Source: a virus (taxonomy: Duplodnaviria; Caudoviricetes). Taken from it: a stretch of 60,042 nucleotides of DNA. The DNA is taken from IMG/VR virus record IMGVR_UViG_3300046028_006424, positions 1 to 60,042 of that record. One strand, 5' to 3'. This document shows, in pieces, positions 37,488 to 46,662 of the stretch (position 1 is its first letter; each line of letters starts with the position of its first letter). The translations under genes and the position numbers were made by a program. The notes beneath the pieces are model-generated. The model was not told the origin of the DNA. It saw nothing but the letters and a program-made list of their open reading frames with translations, and ran no database searches.

Positions 37488-37747
37488 GCGCGGCGGAACA
37501 GCTGACGGAGGTGCTGGATGCGAAGTTCCGGACGCCGGTGAGGTGGCTGATCGCGCTGGTGGTGTTTGTCATCATCGGGACGACAGCGGTGGTGACGATC
37601 GCCTATGACGTGCGGCAGATTGCCATCGACGCGAGACGGGATGCGGTGGAGGCGAAGACCACGGCGGCGGATCTGCGGGCGACGGTGATCGGGCATGAGA
37701 GGGACATTGCGGTGCTGAAAAGTCAACTGGGGAGGGGTGGGGAATAA
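37484..37747 (+). CDS. Single-TM plus coiled-coil protein, holin/spanin-like
   Basis: WLIALVVFVIIGTTAVVTIAY. Confidence 0.55.
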   Translation: MSAAEQLTEVLDAKFRTPVRWLIALVVFVIIGTTAVVTIAYDVRQIAIDARRDAVEAKTTAADLRATVIGHERDIAVLKSQLGRGGE

Positions 37748-37757
37748 ATTTCAATTT

Positions 37758-38222
37758 ATGTGGCCATTCACTCCCAAGCCTCAAGCCAAACCTCTCCGCC
37801 GTCGGTTGACCGGCGAGACGGTGAGCGGGCTGGTGCGTGAGGCGCTGCTGGAAGAAGCGGCAACAAACCTGCGGGTGATCATGCAGAAGGACGAGATGGC
37901 CTGCGTGGAACTGGCGGAGCTGCATGCGCTGGCCAAGAAGTGCGCGATGCCGTGGCGCAAGGATGTGTGGGAGTGCGAGGACATTGCCCGGAACCTGGTC
38001 AACGAGGCGCAGAAGATCGCGGCGAATGAGGGTTGCTCGTGGGCCATCGGCACAGTGCGTGCGCGGCCTCCCGGTTGGAGCGAGATGCAGGTGAAGCCGG
38101 ACGCTTTGCATGTGTACGTCTGGTACATCACCCTCACCGGGCGCGTCTATTTCTACGATCCCGCGGCGCGGACGGCAGCGTATGAGGACGACGTTATCGA
38201 AGCAGACTACGCCATCACCTAA
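37758..38222 (+). CDS. Putative papain/transglutaminase-fold cysteine enzyme
   Basis: WECEDIA...HVYVW...FYDP, spaced like a Cys-His-Asp triad. Confidence 0.55.
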   Translation: MWPFTPKPQAKPLRRRLTGETVSGLVREALLEEAATNLRVIMQKDEMACVELAELHALAKKCAMPWRKDVWECEDIARNLVNEAQKIAANEGCSWAIGTVRARPPGWSEMQVKPDALHVYVWYITLTGRVYFYDPAARTAAYEDDVIEADYAIT

Positions 38223-38225
38223 GCC

Positions 38226-38726
38226 ATGAGTACGCGCACCCTTTTCACCCCTGACATCGAGCCTATCAAGGATGCTGATTTTCTTTTTGGCATCTGGCCT
38301 TGGTCGCGTGGCCCCATGTGGGAACTGCAACCAGACTGGACGTTCGAGGTCGCCAACGGCGATTTCAAACAGCGATATGCCATCCCCGCTGGCTATCAGT
38401 TCGACAAAGCCAGCGTGCCTGCATTCTTTTGGAGTTTTGGCTATACGCCAGACGGACTTTGTACCGTCCCTGCGCTTGAGCATGACTTTCTCTGCGACAT
38501 CTACTCTGGCGGCTCTGGATGGCTCCACGAGAAGCTTGGAAGCATCCCTATCGCTCCGCCTGCGCAAGTGATTCACCGCCATTTCTACAACCAGCTTGTG
38601 AAGTGGGGCATGAGGCCAGGAAAGGCTCGCGTCATGTGGGAAGGCGTACGTAATTTTGGACCGGGGGGTTATATGCGCCCCTCTTCTTGGTTCCAATGCA
38701 AAGCAACAAACACACAACACTCATGA
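38226..38726 (+). CDS. DUF1353-like protein
   Basis: IPAGYQFDKASVP...PALEHDFLC...MWEGVRNFG. Confidence 0.8.
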   Translation: MSTRTLFTPDIEPIKDADFLFGIWPWSRGPMWELQPDWTFEVANGDFKQRYAIPAGYQFDKASVPAFFWSFGYTPDGLCTVPALEHDFLCDIYSGGSGWLHEKLGSIPIAPPAQVIHRHFYNQLVKWGMRPGKARVMWEGVRNFGPGGYMRPSSWFQCKATNTQHS

Positions 38727-39007
38727 AACGCACCGCCCACTACTCCCTCATCCTCATCACCGCGCTCTTCTGCGCCATGCTCGCCTCTTGCGCCAGCGGC
38801 CCGCTCACCCAAGAGCAAGCCACCGCCAACGCTCTCGCCACCGCCGCCGCTACAGTCAACGGCTATCTCATTGGAGGCAAGGCAGGCGCAATCCTCGGCT
38901 TCACCAACCAAGAAGTGAAGAATCTCAACTCGCTGGCGCAGAAGGCGAACGCCGCCATCGCCACTCCAGTCACCAGCTCCAAAGAGCCAGTTGTTATTAC
39001 CCCATGA
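38723..39007 (+). CDS. Lipoprotein
   Basis: Signal peptide with LASC lipobox. Confidence 0.7.
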   Translation: MKRTAHYSLILITALFCAMLASCASGPLTQEQATANALATAAATVNGYLIGGKAGAILGFTNQEVKNLNSLAQKANAAIATPVTSSKEPVVITP

Positions 39008-39105
39008 GTCCGCTGGAAATCGCCGCCCGAATCATCCTCGCCATCGCTGCTATAATCGGCGTGGTGGTCGGGGTGTTTTGGATTGTGCGACCGCGTGGCA
39101 GGTGA
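39004..39105 (+). CDS. Tiny single-TM protein
   Basis: ATGA-coupled; IILAIAAIIGVVVGVFWIV. Confidence 0.5.
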   Translation: MSPLEIAARIILAIAAIIGVVVGVFWIVRPRGR

Positions 39106-39138
39106 TAGCCTGCCAACGTTTGACATTCTCGAACCACC

Positions 39139-39300
39139 ATGAGCACAGAATCAGAATTGGCACGCCTTAGCAGCGAGCAGCGATACGGCGCGTTGCTATG
39201 TTGCGTAATTACCATTTGGCTTGCCGTCATATGGTTTAAAGCAGAAGACACTGAAAAACGCCTCCAAAAATTGGAGCAGCGGGAGGTGGCGAAGCCGTGA
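39139..39300 (+). CDS. Small single-TM protein
   Basis: MSTESELARL...ALLCCVITIWLAVIWF; stop overlaps the next GTG. Confidence 0.5.
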   Translation: MSTESELARLSSEQRYGALLCCVITIWLAVIWFKAEDTEKRLQKLEQREVAKP

Positions 39301-39980
39301 GCCTGTCACCCGTAATCGCCTACACAGTGGCGACCCCTGGATACTTTGAAATGGCCTATGAGTGCGCCCGCCGCATTCGCCAGTTTACTGGAATCGACTG
39401 CCTCATTTTAACGTCTGAAGATCGCGAAAATGGGTACTCGCTCAAATTTGAACTGGCCCGCCTAGCTGGTGGCCGCGTGTTTATATTTGCGGATGCCGAC
39501 TGGTGGGCAATCAAGCCTTTCTCGGTTCAGGAATTCATCGGTCTAGATGGTATGGCGATGGTTCGCGACCCAGCGGCAACGCATGAATCCAACCAGTTTC
39601 CCGCAACGGATTCGGTAGCCCTTGGTTTTCCTCCAAGCAGATATTCAAATACTGGTTTTTTTGTGGCGAACAGCCAAGACTCGCGTGTGATTCAAGCTTT
39701 CGACAAAGGCCACGTTTTGATGCAGGAAAAGCATGCTGGCCTTCACCCCGGAGTGAGAGATTCCACGGAGCAAAGCATGTTCAACAAGGCGCTGTTTGAC
39801 TGCCAGTTACCCACACAGTTCCTCCCGGCCAAATTCAACACGTACTATTACAGCGTCCCCGCTGGCCTGATTACCTCCATCCCCGCCGACATGGTGGCCG
39901 TGCATGCCGCAGGCGTCCCGCTTGAGCGCAAAATGGAGTGGCTGCAAATCCAAGTCAAAGCATGGGAGATTTACCACTGA
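39297..39980 (+). CDS. GT-A fold glycosyltransferase (GT8-like)
   Basis: FADAD (DxD), SNTGFF, EQSMFN, VHAAG. Confidence 0.8.
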   Translation: MSLSPVIAYTVATPGYFEMAYECARRIRQFTGIDCLILTSEDRENGYSLKFELARLAGGRVFIFADADWWAIKPFSVQEFIGLDGMAMVRDPAATHESNQFPATDSVALGFPPSRYSNTGFFVANSQDSRVIQAFDKGHVLMQEKHAGLHPGVRDSTEQSMFNKALFDCQLPTQFLPAKFNTYYYSVPAGLITSIPADMVAVHAAGVPLERKMEWLQIQVKAWEIYH

Positions 39981-40651
39981 TGGACGAACGGGATGTTAGA
40001 ACCGCGCTTTCAATCATCTCGGACATGCCGAGGGCGAAACAGTATGAACTTGCGTGGAGTTGCCTTGCCGAGAAAAACAACAACATCAAAGCCAACGCAA
40101 AGTGCTGGCTCACGTACCGCACCATTGACGGCGGGATCACATTCGAGGACTGGCAGAAGCACGTCGAACAGTCTCCGGTACCGAATCTGTGTAATCATCC
40201 CCGCTGGTTCGTATCGCTGAACACGGGAACCGCTTACGTCAAGATGCTGAACGGCCAAGACGCGGTTCCCATCATTGAAGAGATCCGCGCTTTCGACATC
40301 ACGCCATGCCCAGGGATGCTTTTGAACTTCATGCGCGTGTCTGCCATCCTCGCGAATCACCTTTTCATCGAGCAGCTTCTAATCAACTGCATCGAGGTGG
40401 TTCACCAATCCATCGAAACTTGGCAGCGCGTCGTTTCAACCATCGACCTGATGAAAACGCCGTCATGGGTAGCCGATAACGGCTTTGACATGGCGCCGCT
40501 ACATTGCCTCCTTCGCATTGCGTCACGGCTCAAGATGACCGCCGTACCCATCGCCAACGAGGACTGGATAGACCACCTGCTCAAATCGCAGAAGCATTTG
40601 CCATGGTGGCGCTGCATCGAGAAACTTTCGCGGGAGAAAACGATATGGTGA
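39980..40651 (+). CDS. Hypothetical helical protein
   Basis: Overlaps both neighbours. Confidence 0.65.
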   Translation: MDERDVRTALSIISDMPRAKQYELAWSCLAEKNNNIKANAKCWLTYRTIDGGITFEDWQKHVEQSPVPNLCNHPRWFVSLNTGTAYVKMLNGQDAVPIIEEIRAFDITPCPGMLLNFMRVSAILANHLFIEQLLINCIEVVHQSIETWQRVVSTIDLMKTPSWVADNGFDMAPLHCLLRIASRLKMTAVPIANEDWIDHLLKSQKHLPWWRCIEKLSREKTIW

Positions 40652-41145
40652 CGATCCGAACACGCGCAGAACTGGCGGAGAACCTATTCCGTGGAGTCGG
40701 TGCCGAGCTTGGCGTTGCCGCTGGCGCATTCTCCGCGCACATCCTGCGGCAGGAGCGCGTCTCGCTGCTCTACTCCATCGACCGCTGGAACGATCATCAC
40801 AACATGGCCGAGTACATGACGGCGCTGGCCCTGCTCAAATCGCACGGGAGCCGGTCGCTGGTGATTCGCGCATGCTTCGATGAAATCGCGCCGTGCATCC
40901 CGAATCAACACCTCCAGTTCTGCTATGTGGACGGGTACGCGCACACGGGACAGCACGGAGGCAAAACACTGGCCGACTGGTGGCCCAAACTTAAACCAAA
41001 CGGGATTTTTGCAGGACATGACTACTCGCCACGCTACCAACCAACAATGGACGCCGTGGACAGCTTCGTGAAGGCGCACGGGCTGGAGTTGAACCTTACC
41101 ACCGAGGACGAACTGCCGAGCTGGTGGATTCGGAAGCCTGTATGA
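40645..41145 (+). CDS. Class I SAM-dependent methyltransferase (Methyltransf_24-like)
   Basis: GAELGVAAGAFS, SIDRW, YVDGYAH, WWPKLKPNGIFAGHDY. Confidence 0.85.
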   Translation: MVTIRTRAELAENLFRGVGAELGVAAGAFSAHILRQERVSLLYSIDRWNDHHNMAEYMTALALLKSHGSRSLVIRACFDEIAPCIPNQHLQFCYVDGYAHTGQHGGKTLADWWPKLKPNGIFAGHDYSPRYQPTMDAVDSFVKAHGLELNLTTEDELPSWWIRKPV

Positions 41146-41557
41146 GCACAGACCCCAAGAAAGCAGCAGGCGAGCAGAAGCCGCAATTACAACTCATTCC
41201 GCCCGCCCTCAACCGAGAGACGGCCTTGCACTTACTCTGGGAGCGTCCAAGTACGGGCCTTGGAATTGGAGGCAGAACCGGGTAGAGATGATGACCTATC
41301 TAGGGGCCATTCGTCGGCACATCGACTGCGTTCTAAACGGCGAAGACCTCGACCCTGAGAGCGGGGCGCATCATCTCGGCCACGTTGCGGCAGGCTGCGG
41401 GATAATTCTGGACGCGATGAATCACGGCACCCTCGTTGATAATCGACCGCCGCTAGCTTCTTCCCCATCTGCGCGAAGAACTCGGAAGGCTGCATCACGT
41501 CCCCCGAGCAAAAGCAGCACCCCGCCCACAAGGAGCGGCCATTCTTCCAGCAGGTAG
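41142..41557 (+). pseudogene. dATP/dGTP diphosphohydrolase-like (DUF5664-type) gene with a 1-nt deletion near 41224
   Basis: DPKKAAGEQKPQLQLIPP..ETA then shifts frame to LALTLGASKYGPWNWR..YLGAIRRH..GEDLDPESGAHHLGH. Confidence 0.8.
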
Positions 41558-41572
41558 GGCAGAGGGGGCGGG

Positions 41573-41875
41573 TCATGCCTTTTTGAATTGCTCGCAGACA
41601 GCTTGGCGAAGCGCCGCCGCTAACTGCGCCTCGTTGCACGTTTCGGCATAATCGTCTGCGTCCAAGGTGCCTTGAACAAGGCCAGCTTTAATAAGGGGCG
41701 GCGCAAGATCGCAGGTGAACCAGCCGGAATTGCCAAATGGGCGTTTCCCGCTGAAGCAGTCCTGTTTGTGGATGAGAGTCAGAAGTAACTCTTGCAGGTA
41801 GTCGCGAACCGTCGCGGCGTTTGCATCATTGTCCCCCATGGGAAGATCGAGAATCGGATGCGGTGTGTTGTTCAT
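41573..41875 (-). CDS. Hypothetical phage protein, lone antisense gene
   Basis: ILDLPM..NDANAATVRDYL..LL.TL...FSGKRPFGNSGW. Confidence 0.75.
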   Translation of the reverse strand: MNNTPHPILDLPMGDNDANAATVRDYLQELLLTLIHKQDCFSGKRPFGNSGWFTCDLAPPLIKAGLVQGTLDADDYAETCNEAQLAAALRQAVCEQFKKA

Positions 41876-42464
41876 ACTGGTGCTTTCCTTGATGGCTTGA
41901 ATGGTTACACCTCGAAAGAGGGCAGCGAGCGAAGATCGCCACCCTTCGCGATAAATTCCCCGAGATAATGACTGCCGGGAGTTCTGCCAAGGATTTGAAT
42001 TTCGCTTTCTTCCACCCACACCTATTTATCTTTGGAGGCGCAAAGTTTCCATTGGTTATCCTTCTCAGGATCGGCACGACGGATGATTTCACCTAGCCAT
42101 GTGAGGACGTGGCTGTCATTCACAACAGTGCCGTCGTTGTAGTAGCAATCCCCCATAACTCGTCACTGCTGCGGTGGGCGAATGACATCGGTTTCTTCTT
42201 CGGTTTTCATATTCGGTGGTTCGTGTGTGTTTGCGTTCTCTCTCAGGCAGAACCCCTCCCTCCTCCCCGGCACGTACCAGAAAGAACGAGGGGAACCCTG
42301 CCGACCATGTTTATCCTCGCGCCAGCACAGCACTTGCCGCTCCCTGCGAGTAGTCCAAGAGTTGACGCGATGGACGGCACTGGCTTTCTCACGGCCTGCA
42401 TTGTCGCGCTGCTAGCATTCCTGCTTCGCTGGCCTCTTTGATTGAGTAGGCCAAGGATCAAACG

Positions 42465-42500
42465 AAAGGGCGCGCCCTGTGTCACCAGAACGCGCCCTTT
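42465..42500. terminator. Terminator-like hairpin with a competing distal complement
   Basis: AAAGGGCGCG (42465-42474) / CGCGCCCTTT (42491-42500). Confidence 0.55.
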
Positions 42501-42664
42501 GTGCTTGCGCAGGAGGCCGTGAGAAAATTGTTCTACGCTCTGGTGACACAAAGCGATACCTTTCGGTAGGGGACAAAAGCAAACAAGTTTCAGCCCGTCA
42601 AGGCCGAAAAATGGCGATTTCAATTCTAGATTGACCTTGTGGGGAATATAGACTTTAATTCGAC

Positions 42665-43747
42665 ATGCTCCGAACCAATCACCCTCTTTTCGACCCCGCG
42701 ACCGACGCCCCGGTTGCAGCCGCCTCGTCTGTTCCCCCGGTGAACTTCAACGAGAACACCGAAACCGTGGGAATCGACGGCTTCACCGATGTGGGGGACT
42801 CCCCGGTCGGTACGATCATGGAAGTGTCGCCGCTGGCCCCGCCGATCAATCCGACGGCCCCGGTGCCGAATCCTGCCCAGCGCACGGCAGAGGATGTTTT
42901 CGAGCCTGAACCTGTCCCCGCTGCATTGCAGCCCGCCCCGGCCCCGGCCCCTGCACCAGCCAAGCCCGCAGAACAAGCCCCAGTTGACCCCGTGGCCGCA
43001 ATGGCATCGGCCATGCGTGCCGCGCATCCGCACGAATCCGCTGCCCAAATCTCCGCCCGTGTCGCCGCTGCTCTTGCCGAACCCGGCGAGGAAGAAGCTG
43101 GCGAGCATGAAGCCGACCCCGAGTTGATCGCTTTGCAGGACATGGACACGCGCCTTGAAGCCCTTCGCCAGCAGGCCAATGAAGAAGGTACGTCCGACTA
43201 CGATCAGGACATTCGTAATCTCGAACTCGAAAAGACGAAGGTGGAAGCCCGCCGCGAGATGCGCCAAGAACTCGCAGAAGGCCAGCAGATCGACGCTTTC
43301 TCCCGTGAAGCAACAACTTGGGACCAAGAAGCAGGCCGCGCTTTCCCTGCCGCCGACCAAGCAGGCCACCCCCTTGCCAACGCCGTGAACGCACGTGTTG
43401 CCGCCATCAAGGCGCAAGATCCAGACTTTTTCATTCGCTCCCCAGACGCCGGCTTCTCGCTCGTCGCCTCGGAGGCAGCAAAATTGGGCATCGCCCCAAT
43501 CGCTAAACAGACCGGACCCGTACCGTCCCCGCAACAGCCTGTGCCCATCGCGGCCCCGGTTGCCATGCCTGGATACGTGCAAGGGTCACACCGCCCCGCC
43601 GATGGACCTGCCCCAGATCCGACGATGGCTTTCCTTAACCGCATGGCCGACGCCGAGAAATCGGGTTCGTTCGCCTCGCAGTTGGATGCCGCTCGTTCCT
43701 TTTCTTCGGGTGGATTCAACGCGGCAGGGGTAGCCTTCGCGGGCTAG
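42665..43747 (+). CDS. Probable capsid scaffolding protein
   Basis: Acidic, P/A-rich, coiled coil; directly upstream of the capsid gene. Confidence 0.65.
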   Translation: MLRTNHPLFDPATDAPVAAASSVPPVNFNENTETVGIDGFTDVGDSPVGTIMEVSPLAPPINPTAPVPNPAQRTAEDVFEPEPVPAALQPAPAPAPAPAKPAEQAPVDPVAAMASAMRAAHPHESAAQISARVAAALAEPGEEEAGEHEADPELIALQDMDTRLEALRQQANEEGTSDYDQDIRNLELEKTKVEARREMRQELAEGQQIDAFSREATTWDQEAGRAFPAADQAGHPLANAVNARVAAIKAQDPDFFIRSPDAGFSLVASEAAKLGIAPIAKQTGPVPSPQQPVPIAAPVAMPGYVQGSHRPADGPAPDPTMAFLNRMADAEKSGSFASQLDAARSFSSGGFNAAGVAFAG

Positions 43748-43861
43748 ACAGACAGCCAGGTGTGCTGACGTGGCCGTGTGCTGCGGAACGAAATTTCTTC
43801 TCTTTGGGGAAAGCTTCTCAATCCGTGCTTTCGCACATAAACCACTCAATCACCTACTGTT

Positions 43862-45418
43862 ATGGCTACTTATACCTCTGTTAACGCTCAAGCCGTCGCC
43901 GCCGTCGCCGCCCAAATGGCCGACCCCAAAGAAATCGCTTGGAAGTGGAGTCTCCACACCCAGAAGCGATTCAACAACCCATATGACATGCTCACGGGCG
44001 GGTTCATGGGCGCTCGCCCCATCAAGGAAATCCTCGACACCACGAAGCAGCACGGTACCCGCGTCGTCTTCACCCGCCAGGCCGCTCTCGGCTCTCAGGG
44101 TGTTTCCGGCAACGGTACCTACGTGGGAACTGAAGAACAGCGCGTCTTCGGCCAGTATGAACTGAACTTCGGTCATCACTTCTTCGGCGTGTCTGAAGAA
44201 GACCTTGCAGGCGACCAGACCGTCGTGGGCATGGGTGGCAAATTCGACCAAGCCGCCGTTCCTCTACTCGCAGACCGTCTGCGCATGCACGACCGCGACG
44301 TTCTCGAAGCTACCGCCATCGCTGGCGCACACAGCCTCATCACCGTGTTCCCGAACTTCAAAGCCTCGGTGAACGCCCTCGGCACCGCTGACTACATCAG
44401 CCACACCAGCGTGCAGCAGTTCAAACTCCAGGCCCCTGCTGCCAACGTCCGCAGCATCAACGTTGCCAAGACGAAGGATCAGATCATCTCCAAGCACTTC
44501 CTCACCGGCAGCCAGTACGCTCTCGGCACGATGATGCAGTCCAGCAGCTTGCAGACGCTCATCAGCCAGGCCGGTAGCCGTGGCAGCGAAAACGAACTGT
44601 TCGGTGGCCAGCTTCCCGAGTGGGACGGCACCAAGCTCTACAAGTTCGAGATCGAAGACGACGACAGCGACGGCCCTAAAGGCTCGTTCTTCGCCCCTCG
44701 CGCCTACCTCGGCGTGGCAATCACGGCCAGCAACACCGCTCCCGTCATTTATGGCGGCGGCGTCAACGCTGGTTCCAGCATTGCTACGGCACGCTCTGCC
44801 GCTGCGTCTGCCAAGACCAACGTTGGCTACTTCCAGGCTTTCCCCGGTGCTCCGTACGCTGCCAATGGCCGCACGATCATCGCCCAGGAAACCAGCGACA
44901 ACAAGTATGTGATGATCCAGAACATGAGCGGCGCGAACGTGTTCAAGTTCGGGTTCTACACCTACACCACGACCTCGGGGAACACGATTGCCACCACGGA
45001 GCGCCTTCGTGCCTCCGCAAGTGGCGGCGCTGTCACCACGCTGACCGGCTCCACGATCACTTGGGACTCCGCTCCTTGGGTGGCAACCCCTGCCGCTGGC
45101 AGTGGCTACGCTGGCCTCACCGATGCTCACCCCATCGGCAGCCTCATCGTTCCCGTGAACTCCAAGGGCGTGTACACCGTGAAATCCTTGGTCATCGGCC
45201 AGGACTTCATGATGACCGGCTACGGAAGTGTGAATGGCAAAGCCACTGGCGCAATGGGCCTCCGCACCACGGAAGTTCAGGATCACCAGTCCAAGCTCGC
45301 CATCGGCCTCCGCCGTGTGTACGGCATGGATGTCATCAAGAACAGCTACGGCCTCGCCAACGGGTACTTGCTGGTGACGAGTGCGTACAAGCTGCCCGGC
45401 ATGCCCGACATCGCATAA
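43862..45418 (+). CDS. Major capsid protein (N4-gp56/DUF4043-like)
   Basis: DTTKQHGTRVVF...GVSGNGTYVGTEE, ENELFGG..EWDG; very strong codon bias; follows the scaffold. Confidence 0.8.
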   Translation: MATYTSVNAQAVAAVAAQMADPKEIAWKWSLHTQKRFNNPYDMLTGGFMGARPIKEILDTTKQHGTRVVFTRQAALGSQGVSGNGTYVGTEEQRVFGQYELNFGHHFFGVSEEDLAGDQTVVGMGGKFDQAAVPLLADRLRMHDRDVLEATAIAGAHSLITVFPNFKASVNALGTADYISHTSVQQFKLQAPAANVRSINVAKTKDQIISKHFLTGSQYALGTMMQSSSLQTLISQAGSRGSENELFGGQLPEWDGTKLYKFEIEDDDSDGPKGSFFAPRAYLGVAITASNTAPVIYGGGVNAGSSIATARSAAASAKTNVGYFQAFPGAPYAANGRTIIAQETSDNKYVMIQNMSGANVFKFGFYTYTTTSGNTIATTERLRASASGGAVTTLTGSTITWDSAPWVATPAAGSGYAGLTDAHPIGSLIVPVNSKGVYTVKSLVIGQDFMMTGYGSVNGKATGAMGLRTTEVQDHQSKLAIGLRRVYGMDVIKNSYGLANGYLLVTSAYKLPGMPDIA

Positions 45419-45439
45419 CCCGCCCGCATCTGCATCTTC

Positions 45440-45474
45440 GAGCGCGGGCGGGTTAGAACTGCCCGCGCTCTTTT
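45440..45474 (+). terminator. Intrinsic terminator after the major capsid gene
   Basis: GAGCGCGGGC (45440-45449) / GCCCGCGCTC (45461-45470) followed by TTTT. Confidence 0.7.
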
Positions 45475-45499
45475 GCTGAACATCTCACTCCCCATCTTT

Positions 45500-46015
45500 A
45501 TGCCTACTCTTTTACTCGACAACATCCCCTCCAATCTCCGCGACCTGCCGCTCTTGACCGCCGCAGATCGTGCTTTGCTCACCAGCTACACCGCCAACGC
45601 TCAGGTAGTTTGCTTCGATGCCAACAACCCGCTTGCCCGTCCGTTTCGCATGGGCCTTGCGGAGTTCCTGACTTCGGCAGCACTCGCAACGCCGACGCTC
45701 ACCACTCCAACCATCGCGGGTGCGCTGAAATCAACCACCAGCACTCGCACGGGAGTTGGCGCGATTGATGTCACCTCGCTTGTGACCGAAATCGTTACCA
45801 CGGGGGCCAATGCGCTCACTTTGGCCGATGGTGTTGACGGGCAAATCAAAATCCTCGCCATGAAGACAGATGGCGGAGACGGCACCCTCACCCCGGCAAC
45901 CAAAACCGGGTTTACGACGATCACCTTCGACACTGCTGGCGACGGCTGCGTGCTGGTGTTCACAACGACAACCGGCTGGATCTGCGTCGCGAACAACGGT
46001 TGCACGCTGGCGTAA
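45500..46015 (+). CDS. Putative capsid decoration/fiber protein
   Basis: T/G-rich; LTLADGVDGQIKI...ITFDTAGDG. Confidence 0.6.
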   Translation: MPTLLLDNIPSNLRDLPLLTAADRALLTSYTANAQVVCFDANNPLARPFRMGLAEFLTSAALATPTLTTPTIAGALKSTTSTRTGVGAIDVTSLVTEIVTTGANALTLADGVDGQIKILAMKTDGGDGTLTPATKTGFTTITFDTAGDGCVLVFTTTTGWICVANNGCTLA

Positions 46016-46132
46016 GCTGGCCTTTTCTCAATTCCGTGGAAACCGGTGGTTCGAGCTAAGCGGAACGGCGCACGGTGCTTGCTTTTGGCGGCATCGTGCG
46101 TCATCCTTTGGCTTTTCACCTACTGAACCACC

Positions 46133-46660
46133 ATGACTCTCCGCTACCTCGTCTCTTACCATGATGTGAACACCTCGCAGCCCATCCGTGACGTGATGGG
46201 GGCGCTGATTTGCTTCACGACGCTGCAACCGAATGGCAAGTTTGCCGCCGTCCTGACACGGTTGAAGTGGGACTTGCTGCGGGCGACCCGGTGGACATCT
46301 CCGATTCAGGATATTGGATTCCTCATCCCTGACGTGGACTTTCAGGCCAACGATGGGAAGATTTTCACCACGTTGGAGGAGTGCGCGGAGCATGAGCAGT
46401 CCCTTTTTCTGAACGAGGAAGAAAAATCAGACGCAGGTGCCGCTTGTTGTGTTTTTGACGACATCCACGCCTCTACCGACCTCACCGTTCTCGAATCCCG
46501 CATCCTGACCGCCGTTTCCCAAGGGTCGGTTCACACCAAAGACCTGCGCGAACAACTTGAAGTCAGCGGGGAGGACATCAAGGCCGTGGTGAGTGCGTCA
46601 CAATTCCTCGTCTGGAAAGGCCCGCGTGTCGCGCTGGCTGCAATCTCTACCCCCTCCTGA
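46133..46660 (+). CDS. Hypothetical protein
   Basis: 175-aa ORF in the structural operon. Confidence 0.6.
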   Translation: MTLRYLVSYHDVNTSQPIRDVMGALICFTTLQPNGKFAAVLTRLKWDLLRATRWTSPIQDIGFLIPDVDFQANDGKIFTTLEECAEHEQSLFLNEEEKSDAGAACCVFDDIHASTDLTVLESRILTAVSQGSVHTKDLREQLEVSGEDIKAVVSASQFLVWKGPRVALAAISTPS

Positions 46661-46662
46661 CC

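Noticed and set aside
42631-42660. TTGACC-17-TTTAAT promoter before the scaffold gene
   Set aside because: Weak -10 and only a few bases from the ATG; not supportable
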